Shown: positions 28,511-39,381 of the stretch, piece by piece
Layout: each line of letters starts with the position of its first letter
Position numbering within the stretch: the stretch's first letter is position 1
IMG/VR virus record: IMGVR_UViG_3300013426_000001
Location: 74,524-138,523 of that record
Length of the DNA stretch: 64,000 bases
Origin: a virus
Taxonomy: Duplodnaviria; Caudoviricetes
Strand: one strand, 5' to 3'
Notes under the pieces: model-generated
The model's input: only the letters and a program-made list of their open reading frames with translations
What the model was told of the DNA's origin: nothing
Databases searched by the model: none
Translations under genes and position numbers: made by a program

Positions 28511-30492
28511 ATGGAAATCGAAGTAACATACAAAGTTAAAGTGAGCGACCGAATCATCGGTTGTTTAATGCAGGACAGCGACCATCCTGACAGGAAAAGC
28601 GTGATGGAATACCTGAAACAATGTCAAGTCGACTTGATAGAAGATGTCTACGACCACGGCGACGAATTAGAAATCGTAAGCGTTGAAGCGAAAAGCATCG
28701 AGGAGGAAGAGAAGTGAAAATTCTGAAGAAAATATTCGTGACGTTTTTAGCGATAATTTTACTCCCATTTTATCTTTTATCGGTAATGGGGATGGTTGTT
28801 TTGGGAGCGTTTATCGGCGTTTATCTCGCATTCGTAAAATCGATAACTCTCATTAAGAGCGCGTGGGACGGAACGTTCAAGTGGAAAGACTTATTAGGAG
28901 ATTTGGAAGATGGCAAATTTTGATAAATATGACAGCGCGTTTGATTACGCAATAGATAAAGCGGCAGAAGAAAGAGAAAAACTTAAAGAAACCCAAAGAC
29001 TTCAAATCGATTATGACGTAATGAAGAATCTTGTTTATATCAACGGTGTTGAATGCACCCCGAAATCTTTTTTCGCTTTTACGGCAAATCTCGTTCAGTT
29101 ATACTGCGAGACGATTTATGCAGTTGAAACACGTTCGTTCGCGATTACTACGACGAGTAAAGAAATACCCGACGGAAGGAATCTCGTAAATCACCTTAAA
29201 TTTTACACTTATCTCGACGGTGGTGTAAGAGTGATCGGAGAATTCACCAACGAAATCAGTGATACGATAGAATTCGACAGAACGTTCAAAAACGGTTCGA
29301 TGATTGTTCATTATTTCGTTGAAAAGAGCGAGCAAATCGCAAGGAGCGCGGTTTTAGGATGATAAAAGATATGGTTTATTACATAGGATTCAGATATAAC
29401 AAACTTTACGTCGGAGAATTACCGATTGAAAAGGAAACGGATAAGTTATATTATCTCAATCGGATTTCCAACGTTTTAGGCGATGTAAGAATTCTTAAAA
29501 AGTCAGAAGAAAACATAATCAACGACAAAGCAAGTTGGACAACCGACGCTGCGATTTTCGATAAGCTCAAAAGAGCATTTGTACTCAGCCGTAAACAATC
29601 GCTTAAAGGCACGATAGCTGCCGACAAAGAAATGCTTCGCAGACTCATTAAAGATGCACGCGAACTTAAAATCAAAATATAGGAGAACCAAAATGAGATT
29701 TCTTAAAGAAGACACGATAGTTTTTGAAAAAGATAACTACACTGACGAATCCGCTCTTCAAACTGCAATTTCGGAAACGGTAAAACACTTAATGGAAAAC
29801 AATTACGCCGCACTCGTACATTGTGACGAACCCTCAATGGGGATTTACTGCGTTTCCTATGCATATGAATGGAATGCAGCAAACGAATTCGGGGACGACC
29901 GTTATATGCTCGTAACGGCAGACGAGGCGGAAGATTTGCTTGCTCAAAGAGAGGAGAAAGAGATAACTCATTCGGAGGACCGAAATGGCGGCATCGAATA
30001 AAAAAGAAGTGCTTGTTATGGTTTTGCGCCCGACGATTTTTAAAGTTGAAGCGAATGGCTTTGAAGATGCGAAAAAGACGATAATTAATCAGCTCGTCAC
30101 TTCGGGACAAATGAAGCCCAGCGACCCGATAGAATTCAGAGAGATGATCGATTATGAATTAAAAAGTGAAACAGAAGAAAATAAACAGAAGGAGAAAGAA
30201 GATGATAACGGCAGCGAAAGCGAAGATAATCACGGAACGACAGGAAGTTAAAGACAGAGCAAACCGAGTAATAGAGGCAATAGCAAAAGACATAGAGAAA
30301 CGTGCGACGATAGGTTGTAGAGAACTCGTGATTCGTATGGACGGGATAGGAAAATATTTCACGTTCAAGGAAAGGGTTTTCGGAGACGTAAGTCTTTTGT
30401 GGGAGGGAGTTCGCCCCTTAGTCGAGAAAAGATTCAGGGAAGCAAATTTCGCCATTAACGGTGGGCAATATGGATTTACCATTTCGTGGTAA
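28511..30492 (+). other. operon of seven small hypothetical ORFs (28511, 28714, 28910, 29359, 29693, 29985, 30202)
   Basis: promoter 28451; closely coupled ORFs with RBSs. Confidence 0.6.
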
Positions 30493-30506
30493 AAGGAGGT
30501 AACGAA

Positions 30507-30749
30507 ATGAAACTGGATATATTTTTAGGTGATATGGCGAAAGTTAAAGAATTTGTCGCAATAGCGCAATCGGTTAAGCAAGACACGATTCTGCATAGCG
30601 GTAAATACGCGGTCGATGCGAAGTCGATAATGGGTGTTTTCAGCTTGGATTTAAGTAACCCACTCGTGCTTGAAGTTGGATTTGATGACTCAACAACAAT
30701 GGCAGAGATGAGCGAAACGATGGATAAATTTTTAGTATTTGAGGCATAA
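30507..30749 (+). CDS. HPr-like protein lacking His15
   Basis: VDAKSIMGVFSL Ser46 motif; no GLHARP. Confidence 0.8.
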   Translation: MKLDIFLGDMAKVKEFVAIAQSVKQDTILHSGKYAVDAKSIMGVFSLDLSNPLVLEVGFDDSTTMAEMSETMDKFLVFEA

Positions 30750-31307
30750 AATGGATGCGTCAGAGATAATTTGTTTAGTGATAGCAAGCGTGGTTTCAAT
30801 TTTTTTTGTAACCATAATAATGCTTCTGCGTAAATGGAATCACGAAGATGATAGCAAAGAACAAACATTCAAAGGAAGCATGATAATTTTCCCTAAATGT
30901 GAAGAAATTCAACCGTTCATTATTTATGGGGATTGGTATTACAAACCACAAAATAATTGCTGGTATAATAAAGGGAAAGCCTATCCAGCGGATATATGCC
31001 AGATTATAGAAGAGAAAGATAAGATATGAATAAATGTGAGTTTTGCACCGCTTCGGTTAATCAAAACGGGCGCTTCGTTTGTACCGCGGATGATAAAAAT
31101 AATCGTCATTATAAATGCGAGTTTGCACTTGACAGAATGCTCAAAGTGATGGAATTTCAGGCTAACAGCCGTAATACTAAAAACTATAACATTAACAAGC
31201 ACACAGAAAACAGAAATCGATGATTGAAAATCACGAAGTCAATTAAAAACGCTTGACAAACGTCAAGTAATGTGGTATAATAGAGGCACAATCAGAAAGG
31301 TAGTTAT

Positions 31308-31871
31308 ATGGATTACACGATTAGTTACGAGAAAGACATACAAACCAGGCTCGACAGGAACGAGAAGTTACTGTGGTCTAAAACCACACAGATCGCCGAC
31401 TTACAATACGAAGCCGAGTTGATTGCCAACGCTTCTATCGAGATTATTCGCGGAATCCGCGATCATGTTCAGGCGACCGATTTGCACAAAATATGGCTTG
31501 ACTTTGACCACGATAAAGGTAAATTCAAACCCGATGGGAAAGACAGCAAAGCAATGTTTAAATTCATCGAGGAAAATTACGTGTTTGACGGAGAAGTCCC
31601 GAAAGACGTGAAGTTGAAAGGTATAACCCTGTATGGGTATTGTTGGGCGTTGTGGCTCGATTACGTCAGAGGTGGTAAAGAGTTTAGAATAGCTCTCCCC
31701 TGTTATAAAAACGTGAACAAGGAAAATTACAAAAGTTTGAGTTACGAGATTATGACGGTCGACGGTTGCTCTTGCACGGTCGTATTCAGCACAATGTTTC
31801 TTTCGGAGCTAAAAGACGGCGTTACGAAATTCTTGAATGGAGATATCGGGAATGAATATGGGAACGAATAA
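31308..31871 (+). CDS. hypothetical protein
   Basis: promoter 31253. Confidence 0.6.
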   Translation: MDYTISYEKDIQTRLDRNEKLLWSKTTQIADLQYEAELIANASIEIIRGIRDHVQATDLHKIWLDFDHDKGKFKPDGKDSKAMFKFIEENYVFDGEVPKDVKLKGITLYGYCWALWLDYVRGGKEFRIALPCYKNVNKENYKSLSYEIMTVDGCSCTVVFSTMFLSELKDGVTKFLNGDIGNEYGNE

Positions 31872-32123
31872 AAGAGAACTCGCAAAACTGAAAAAGTGGA
31901 CAGATACCTTAACAGACGAGCAGCTCAAAAAAGAGTATCACGACGCGGTGTTCGATACGCTCGGAAGTCAAACAGAAGAAATGTATGAACGCGGTTACGA
32001 TGTTGTGGACATACAGGGAAGAGAGGAATATGAAAGGTGGCTTTCGAGGCGGAGTGATATGCTTGAAGAGATTTGTCGGAAAAGAGGAATCGAATTATGG
32101 GAAGAATACGCTGAGGAGAAAAG

Positions 32124-32501
32124 ATGATAGGCGGAACTTTATTGATAAGATGTGAGAAAGAGGATTTTCAAAAATTCGTGGGAAACCATTCGGATTTGCA
32201 AAGCCGATATGATGAGAATTTCCCGTCTGGAATTGATTACTCGATGGCTTATGATGAAGAGCTTGATGGTATAATCTTCGAATATGAATCAAATTTAACC
32301 AACAGATGGAACGACGAAAATCGGTCTAAACTTTTAAAGAGAATCGAAGTTTGGCTCGCACTCGGGCAAGTAGTTGAAATGAATAGATGGTGGATTGACG
32401 AACGTTACGAAGAAAACGTCGGGTTAAGAGATATGGCAAAAAATGATACCGAAGTTATGAGAAAGTGGAAGAAGTTCCATAGAGAAATGGTGTTGGGATG
32501 A
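32124..32501 (+). CDS. hypothetical protein
   Basis: GAGGAG RBS. Confidence 0.55.
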   Translation: MIGGTLLIRCEKEDFQKFVGNHSDLQSRYDENFPSGIDYSMAYDEELDGIIFEYESNLTNRWNDENRSKLLKRIEVWLALGQVVEMNRWWIDERYEENVGLRDMAKNDTEVMRKWKKFHREMVLG

Positions 32502-32650
32502 TATCAATTTGATATCGGAGTGATGTATATTATATATCATATTTATATCTTATAGAAAGAGGAAGGAAAGGGAATGGTAGTCAGAAGTGGTCGGAAAGGG
32601 ATGAAAATGGTTAACACTCTCTTTTTCTTTTAATCCAAAAAGAGGAAAAA

Positions 32651-33490
32651 ATGTACAGACAAGGACTTACCTCAATCTCGGCACCCCCTGAGATTTACAA
32701 CCAAATATGCAAACAAATATCACAAAATGCAACAATCGAAAGTGAAATTACAGCCAAGCAAACCGTAATTTTCTCGACAGTTCGTCCAATAGGTTTCCTA
32801 TACAAGCAAATCGAAGGTAGAACTGCATTGCGTTTAGCCTTAAAGCAAATGATTTACGAGCGTATAGACGAAATAACAGGCGAAGTCAAATACTTCCTAA
32901 CGCTTGAAACAGGCTATCGTTTCGGTAAACCGCCAGTCTATGTTATCACAGACGATGCAGAGATATCCGCCGCCCGATACAGTGAATACCTTACGCTAAC
33001 GCCCTATAGCAGTTTCCAACGCAAAGAGACGACTTTTATCGATAAGGCGACAGGGCGCAAATACGTAATGAGTTACACATACGACGGGAGCATAATCACG
33101 TTCAATCAATTCTCAAAGAATGTAAACGAGAACTTCGATTTGCCAGAATATATAAAGTCGGTGATTTATGCAGACGGAGACAAGTGGGAGCAGAACTTCC
33201 ACGTAGTTCAAGCCAAATGGCGTGAGAAGCAAGAAGCGGACATAGCGGCGAAGAAAGCTGCGATTCAAGCGAAGAAAGACGCGGAGGCGGAGGAGCGCAA
33301 GCGCAAAGCAGCCGAGAAAAAGAAGGCTCAGGCGGCGGCTAAGAAGGCGAAGCCTTTATCAAAAACGACAAGGAAGATTACAGAAAGTGATAAACCCAAA
33401 CCAAAGACTTCCAAGCCTGTTCCAGAGAAAAAGAAGAAAGAGGAGACTGTAACAGACATGTGGAGCAATTGGAGTAAAGGTAAAAAATAG
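32651..33490 (+). CDS. hypothetical protein with Lys/Ala-rich basic tail
   Basis: 279-aa ORF, GAGG RBS. Confidence 0.65.
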   Translation: MYRQGLTSISAPPEIYNQICKQISQNATIESEITAKQTVIFSTVRPIGFLYKQIEGRTALRLALKQMIYERIDEITGEVKYFLTLETGYRFGKPPVYVITDDAEISAARYSEYLTLTPYSSFQRKETTFIDKATGRKYVMSYTYDGSIITFNQFSKNVNENFDLPEYIKSVIYADGDKWEQNFHVVQAKWREKQEADIAAKKAAIQAKKDAEAEERKRKAAEKKKAQAAAKKAKPLSKTTRKITESDKPKPKTSKPVPEKKKKEETVTDMWSNWSKGKK

Positions 33491-33750
33491 AAATTCCATT
33501 CTTGATTAAAGCAAATCTTTGGGGCGGCGGAGCCGAGCCAACGCCCTTGGAGGGTGGGAGGGAACCTTGGGGCGGCACAAGGTGCCCTCTGAAAGCGAAG
33601 AATAAAAATCGAAATAATTCTAAGAAAGTCAATTAAAATGCTTGACAAAAGAAATTAATTATGGTATAATAAAAGCAGATAGTGGAGGAGTGGGTGACGG
33701 GTTTGTCCCGCCGCCCATAAAAACGTATTTCAAATGCACCACCTTTTTTT

Positions 33751-33892
33751 GCAAAATTGCAGGAATTATCGGAGATTTTGAGAAAATCTCGTCACTAAAA
33801 TTTCTATAAAGGTAAACCTAGACTCTTATTATAGAAAAAATAGTGATGAGTTTTTTCGAAAATCGCAGATTTTATCGGAGATTTTGAGAAAA
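33751..33892. repeat. direct repeats flanking a long inverted repeat (putative origin/operator)
   Basis: TTATCGGAGATTTTGAGAAAA at 33766 and 33872; CTCGTCACTA..TTTCTATAA / TTATAGAAA..TAGTGATGAG. Confidence 0.75.
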
Positions 33893-33918
33893 AAGTAGGG
33901 TTTTTTAAGGAGAAAACT

Positions 33919-35271
33919 ATGGAAGCAAACGAGCGAAGCGAGTTAATACAGTTTCAGGGAAACAGCGATGAGAAATCAAAATGTGAAATAAAATTCACAT
34001 TAGCGGAAGAGAAAAGAAGGAAAGAAGAAGAGAAACAAAAACAAGATGAGATAAGAGATAAACTTATTAAAAGAAGATTGCGTAAGACGAAAATCAAAGA
34101 CAACTTATTTTCGTATGAAGAGCTGTGTGATATATTCTGTTCCGAACCAACAAGAAGCATGGATAGTCGTAAAAGTCAATTCAAAGACTGGGAAAGATTT
34201 TGCGACATTGAAAAGGTAGATCGGAAGTACCATTTGTCGAACATTAAAAAAGACCCGCCGCCAGATTTGCATAAATCAGAAGTGAAACAGCATATCGCAA
34301 ACGTCTTGTATTTGTATATGTATTTGCATCCCGATTCCAAAAGAGAAGACGGGAGAATTACTTTATCGAGAAGAGAGCTTTATTGGATACTCGGATACGT
34401 GAATTCTAATTATTTTGGAAACAATGAAGAATTGAAATATATCAAAGACAACTACCCGACAATTTGGACAGAGTATAACGCGAAGCTTATCGGATATATG
34501 AACGCGCAAATTGCATCGGCTTTTTCGACGTTAAGAAATAAAAGAATAATCGACGAATTAGACGGATACCAGTTTTGGTTAGAGGGTAAAGAAGGTTGGA
34601 TAGCAGTAAACGACGATACCGATTCAGATAAGATAGCGCAATTGTTATCTTGCGAGAAGATGGTTTTAGAACAAATGGCGGCGGAAAATTATAATGAGCA
34701 GTTAAAGAAATGGAACGAATGTGAAAGCCCGAATAAGGGGCAATGGAAGCCCGAACGCAGAACGTTCGATATGGGGTATATCTTCGCAACAGGGCAGTAC
34801 GAGATTTTTAAAAGAAGAACTTGCGAATTGTATAAAAAACATTTTAAGCTTGCATTACGAGATTATCGAAGAGTGTATAAAGTTTATGTGCTGAGGCATT
34901 ATCTCGGAGAACAACTCAAAGAGAATTTAGGAGAAGAATTTGTAAAAGACGCGCAGAAATTATTTAAAGAGGAACAGATTAAAATAAACCAAAAAACAAC
35001 AGTCAAAAATTTGGAATCTAAACACAGGTTGGCGGCGGAACGAGAAAATATGAATGAACTTCAACTCAAAATCTTAGATAACGAGAGCGGGTTTAGAAAA
35101 GTCACGGTTTTTAAAAGAGAGCAGAGAAAATACGACGAGGTTTTGAATAAATGCCCCGAAGCACTTTTACAGATCGGAACAGAAAAAGAAAAGATAATTA
35201 CCGATAAATATATCGAGATTTTTAAAGATATCACAGAGAAGCTCATTAAAATATATCCTACGAAGTTATGA
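33919..35271 (+). CDS. large basic protein, putative replication initiator/DNA-binding
   Basis: 450 aa, helical and basic, own promoter 33642, repeats upstream; function inferred from context only. Confidence 0.45.
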   Translation: MEANERSELIQFQGNSDEKSKCEIKFTLAEEKRRKEEEKQKQDEIRDKLIKRRLRKTKIKDNLFSYEELCDIFCSEPTRSMDSRKSQFKDWERFCDIEKVDRKYHLSNIKKDPPPDLHKSEVKQHIANVLYLYMYLHPDSKREDGRITLSRRELYWILGYVNSNYFGNNEELKYIKDNYPTIWTEYNAKLIGYMNAQIASAFSTLRNKRIIDELDGYQFWLEGKEGWIAVNDDTDSDKIAQLLSCEKMVLEQMAAENYNEQLKKWNECESPNKGQWKPERRTFDMGYIFATGQYEIFKRRTCELYKKHFKLALRDYRRVYKVYVLRHYLGEQLKENLGEEFVKDAQKLFKEEQIKINQKTTVKNLESKHRLAAERENMNELQLKILDNESGFRKVTVFKREQRKYDEVLNKCPEALLQIGTEKEKIITDKYIEIFKDITEKLIKIYPTKL

Positions 35272-35280
35272 GGCGGAGAT

Positions 35281-35874
35281 ATGGAAGAAGAAATAAAATT
35301 TTATTTACACATTAAAAAGCAATTTTTCCCCAAAAACAAAAATATTGAAAATGAATATGGGATATTTTCAATTGACAAAGCTTTTACGTGGGATAATTGG
35401 CTGAACAAATTTACAAAAAGCAGTATAAATATCTTAAAGGGATATTTTAAAACAATAAAACAAGATGTGTATTACGTTGTCACGGGATATTTAAAAGCCG
35501 ATGACGAACATAAATTAATTTTATTTGCAAATGAATGTTATGAAATTAAAGGGGTTACAACCCCTATAGAATATGTAACCAAAGAAAATTTGTGTTTACC
35601 TCAATTAGTGGGCAATAAAATGTGGAAAGGCTGTAAAACAAACAGAATAAGAGCCGAAGAAGACGCTAATTCAGGGGAACCAAGCAGGCAAAAGCAATTG
35701 CATAGAGAATACAACGATTTAAAAAGGCAAGCACGAGCCGAAGTCTATGCTGAACTTGGGATAAGAACTTATCTTGATATGCGACAAGTTTTGGAAGGTT
35801 GGGTTGAGGATAGATATAAACAAAAACTCAAAGAAGCAAGAGAAAAATCTAAAAACATCTCCTCAGACGCTTGA
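35281..35874 (+). CDS. hypothetical protein
   Basis: ORF with RBS. Confidence 0.55.
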   Translation: MEEEIKFYLHIKKQFFPKNKNIENEYGIFSIDKAFTWDNWLNKFTKSSINILKGYFKTIKQDVYYVVTGYLKADDEHKLILFANECYEIKGVTTPIEYVTKENLCLPQLVGNKMWKGCKTNRIRAEEDANSGEPSRQKQLHREYNDLKRQARAEVYAELGIRTYLDMRQVLEGWVEDRYKQKLKEAREKSKNISSDA

Positions 35875-35948
35875 CAAACACATTCAAAAGTGATATAATA
35901 GAAATATAAAAGTTAGCCGTTTCGAAATCGACACGGTAAGGAGGCCAA

Positions 35949-36497
35949 ATGAAAACATACGACCGCGAATTTGAACTCGGCTTTTCAGTATCCGCCGCCC
36001 GAGCGATAAATACAATACTCCGTGAAAAACTTATCGTAATCCATCAAGACATCATCCATCAGACCTGGCTTGAAGAAGGCGAGGTCGGCGATTACAAATT
36101 CCGCACGCGAATCCGCAGAACCGAAGTCGCTCGACCCGATATGAACGGTTCGTGGGCTGGAAAATGCGAATTCACGACTAAGTATTCAAAGAGCGATGAA
36201 ACGGCAGCGAAGCAAGATAATATGGAGCTTAACGCCGAAATCCTGCCCGAAGAGTACGAGAAATTGAAGAAAATCTACAAGGCGGCGGACAAGGAAGAAG
36301 TAACGAAAATCAGGACCTATTTCAGAGAGCCGCTTGATGCGTTCACAATCTACACGCTCGATACTTATCCGAACGAAGAAGATGACAGAGCGCGCATCGA
36401 GATTGAGTTTAGTACGCCCGAAGAAATGAAACGCTGGAAGGCGCCTGGCTGGCTTAAAGAACTTATCGGGAAGAAATATAGCGGGCAAAAGGCTTAA
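35949..36497 (+). CDS. CYTH (triphosphate tunnel) domain protein
   Basis: N-terminal REFELGF, RIRR, KIRTYF, IEIEF. Confidence 0.7.
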   Translation: MKTYDREFELGFSVSAARAINTILREKLIVIHQDIIHQTWLEEGEVGDYKFRTRIRRTEVARPDMNGSWAGKCEFTTKYSKSDETAAKQDNMELNAEILPEEYEKLKKIYKAADKEEVTKIRTYFREPLDAFTIYTLDTYPNEEDDRARIEIEFSTPEEMKRWKAPGWLKELIGKKYSGQKA

Positions 36498-36517
36498 CCG
36501 CCGCCCAAAGGAATTAT

Positions 36518-36790
36518 ATGGCAAAAAAGAAACCAGACCAACTTTGTTGGGATTGCAAACGAGCTGTTAATTGCGAACCCTTGACTTGCCCATGGGCAGC
36601 GTTGGGAAAACCAGTCGACGGTTGGGAAGCAGAGAAATCAGAATTTAACGATTGGGAAGGCAACTCAAAAATTAAGGTGCAAACGTACACTATAACTAAA
36701 TGTCCTCTTTTCATTCAGGATCGAACCGAAACTGCAAGTGTAGCTAAACTGTGGGAGGGCACGGGTAAAATTTGGTGGATGCTCGATTAA
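36518..36790 (+). CDS. Cys-rich protein, paralog 1
   Basis: LCWDC..CPWA..GKPVDGWEA..CPLFIQD. Confidence 0.7.
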   Translation: MAKKKPDQLCWDCKRAVNCEPLTCPWAALGKPVDGWEAEKSEFNDWEGNSKIKVQTYTITKCPLFIQDRTETASVAKLWEGTGKIWWMLD

Positions 36791-36818
36791 AATAAATCGC
36801 ACATCAAAAGGAATAATT

Positions 36819-37268
36819 ATGGAAAGTAAACCGATTAAACTAACTAAGAGCAATGGGCGCAAGAAATATAACATCTACGCTGACACACTCTGCTGGAACT
36901 GTAAACGATGCACCAACCCCGATTCTTATCCTTGCTCGTGGGCGGAAAGTGGCAAACCTATCGAAGGCTGGACCGCCGCCGAAGGAAGAGAATTCTTTCA
37001 CTATCTCCCGACGGGCGAAAAGGTAAGTATGGGGTTCTCCTACGTGGTAACAGATTGTCCGCTGTTCATCCAAGACAAACCGTTTTCCACCTACGCAGAG
37101 GGGTGCGCATGGGTCGCCGACGCTCTTAACGTCGATATCAGTACCGTCGTCAATAAGCCAAGGCAATACTTCCGCAAATACGAGGAAATTTATGGCAAAA
37201 AGCTTCCGTATTGGCTCATGAATCATAGCGAGGAGAAGACATTTTTTCCAAATAATCCGAACAATTAA
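36819..37268 (+). CDS. Cys-rich protein, paralog 2
   Basis: LCWNC..CSWA..GKPIEGWTA..CPLFIQD. Confidence 0.7.
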   Translation: MESKPIKLTKSNGRKKYNIYADTLCWNCKRCTNPDSYPCSWAESGKPIEGWTAAEGREFFHYLPTGEKVSMGFSYVVTDCPLFIQDKPFSTYAEGCAWVADALNVDISTVVNKPRQYFRKYEEIYGKKLPYWLMNHSEEKTFFPNNPNN

Positions 37269-37372
37269 AATTTTTCAAAAAGTGCATAAAAACACTTGAC
37301 AAATCTATAAAGAAGTGGTATAATGTATTCGTGAACTAAAGATGATATTCGATATCGTCAAAGGAGAACTAT

Positions 37373-37609
37373 ATGAAATATTACAGTGAAAGACTCAATC
37401 GTTTATATGACACCGAAGAGGAACTTTTTAGAGCGGAACGTATCTTAGATGGTGTCTGCGGGCAAAAAGAAAAAACTGCCCGCCGCCCGAATCACGATGA
37501 TTTTTCTCGTCCCGCCACTACATCTTCCAAGATTAACAGCAATCATTCAAGCACTGATGATACTGCTTTTAGAGCAGCGATTATACTTTTGTTGCTGAAT
37601 TATTTTTAA
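37373..37609 (+). CDS. hypothetical protein
   Basis: MKYYSERLNRLYDTEEEL; promoter 37296. Confidence 0.6.
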   Translation: MKYYSERLNRLYDTEEELFRAERILDGVCGQKEKTARRPNHDDFSRPATTSSKINSNHSSTDDTAFRAAIILLLLNYF

Positions 37610-37741
37610 GCTCACACCAGGCGGCGGGAAAAGAAATTAAGTCCATTTGACTATCACCTCACTATGTAAGCAAAAAGAATTAAGCAAAACAGACAGAGAG
37701 AAATAATCATCCATTTTGCAAGAACCTCCTACCGCCGCCTC

Positions 37742-37777
37742 GAAACCCTGATCGAAAGATTGGGGTTTCTTTTTTTT
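37742..37777 (+). terminator. intrinsic terminator
   Basis: GAAACCCTGATC-GAAA-GATTGGGGTTTC then T-run. Confidence 0.85.
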
Positions 37778-37789
37778 ATCCAAAATCAC

Positions 37790-38232
37790 TTGACAAATAT
37801 TATTCGAGAAAACGACGTAATTTGTATTGAAGATTTGCAAGTGAAAAATATGGTCAAAAACCATAAACTCGCGCAAGCAATTAGCGACGTTTCTTGGTCG
37901 GAGTTTGTTCGGGAATTAGAATATAAGGCGCGTTGGTATGGAAGATTAGTTATTAAAGTCGATAAGTTTTTCCCGAGTTCTCAAACTTGCAGTGTCTGCG
38001 GCTACAAGAATGAAGGGACAAAAGACTTAAAAGTTAGAGAATGGGATTGCCCTGTTTGTCATACTCATCATGATAGGGATGTGAATGCGGCGATAAACAT
38101 TCTCAATGAAGGGCTTAAACAATTAGCCTAAACATAAACAACCGTCGGAACGACGGGGATAGCTTGGTAAATATTCTCGCAGTAGTCGGAAGTTCCCAAG
38201 AATCTCGCAGATTTAGTTGTGAGAGGTTCAAA
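37790..38232 (+). pseudogene. tnpB: 5'-truncated tnpB with intact omegaRNA/right end
   Basis: only ICIEDL, Zn finger and RDVNAAINI remain; scaffold ends GGTTCAA. Confidence 0.85.
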
Positions 38233-38545
38233 CGAGTATATACTCTTAGTAATCATAGTTCCGTACTTTTATTATACTCTTCTAGTATATATACTCTTAT
38301 ATCGGATATATTCTTTCAGAATATATCCTCTTAAACTATTCACTTCGTTCATAGTTTAGGTTTAATATTATTCTTTTATTTATTACTTATACTTAGCTTA
38401 ATACAAGTGAAGAGTATATATTACCAGTAAACTTAATATGAGTATATTTTAAATAATATATAATAATATATATAAGAGAAATATATAAAGAGAATATAAA
38501 TAATACATGAGTAATTGGTAACACTCTTTATATACTCCGTACTAG
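38233..38545. repeat. very AT-rich tract with TATACTCTT-type repeats
   Basis: repeats in both orientations; palindrome GAGTATATACTC. Confidence 0.6.
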
Positions 38546-38843
38546 TGATTAGAGAAAAGGGTAGACCAAACCATACGCGAAGTTCCGCACAAAAAAAAAG
38601 CGCCCGCCGCCAAAACAAAAAAATCCCTAAAATATTTTTTTTGAAAACCGCTGTCAAATACTTGACAATCTTCCCGCGTTGTGGTATAATACTTTTGCAA
38701 GCTGAAAGAGCGGTGTTGGATATCGGTTGTGCAAAGTTGTTGCCGCTCCCGCTTGCACCAGGTCTCAATATCCGCCGCCTTAAAACACAGCATTCCTTCG
38801 GCGGCGGGAGACCACCACTAAACAGATACTCTCGGAGGGAATT

Positions 38844-39191
38844 ATGAAACTTGAATCTTGCCGCAATCACACGGCTGACGAAATCGAAACTACAATCACC
38901 ATGCTCGGCAACGGCGCTGACGGCTTCCGCGTTTACACGACCAGCAATTCAATGCTTACGAAAATCGGGAAGTTCCTCGACACTCCTAATACTCCTTGGT
39001 CGATAGAAAAAATCGAACGCTACTCCGACGGAGTTCCCTCGGGTTACTTCTTCAGATGCTCGGTCAAGAACTGCTTACAGCTTAAGGCTAAAAAGGCGGC
39101 GGGCAGAGAGTTCACGGAAGAGGAAAAAGAAACAGCTCGCGAAAATATGAAAAAAGTCGCAGCTGAAAGATGGGGTAAAAATCAAATCTAA
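38844..39191 (+). CDS. hypothetical protein
   Basis: promoter 38662, GGAGG RBS. Confidence 0.6.
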   Translation: MKLESCRNHTADEIETTITMLGNGADGFRVYTTSNSMLTKIGKFLDTPNTPWSIEKIERYSDGVPSGYFFRCSVKNCLQLKAKKAAGREFTEEEKETARENMKKVAAERWGKNQI

Positions 39192-39342
39192 GGTTTTTTT
39201 ATAATAAGAATGTTATTATTCGGAAGACAATTCAAGGTCGGGTCGAACACTCGCCCGCCTCGAAGTCTTTTTGGGAAATTATAGGCAAATTCAATAGGCT
39301 CACACAGAAAGGCTTTTTGCTTTTCATATTTATACTCCTTCA

Positions 39343-39381
39343 GGCGGCGGTCCGTATAATTCGGGCTGCCGTTCTTTTTTT
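39343..39381 (+). terminator. intrinsic terminator ending the + block
   Basis: GGCGGCGGTCCG/CGGGCTGCCGTT then T-run. Confidence 0.75.

Noticed and set aside
32518-32545. dif-like site (ATGTATATTAT core)
   Set aside because: XerC/XerD arms do not match; low-complexity AT sequence
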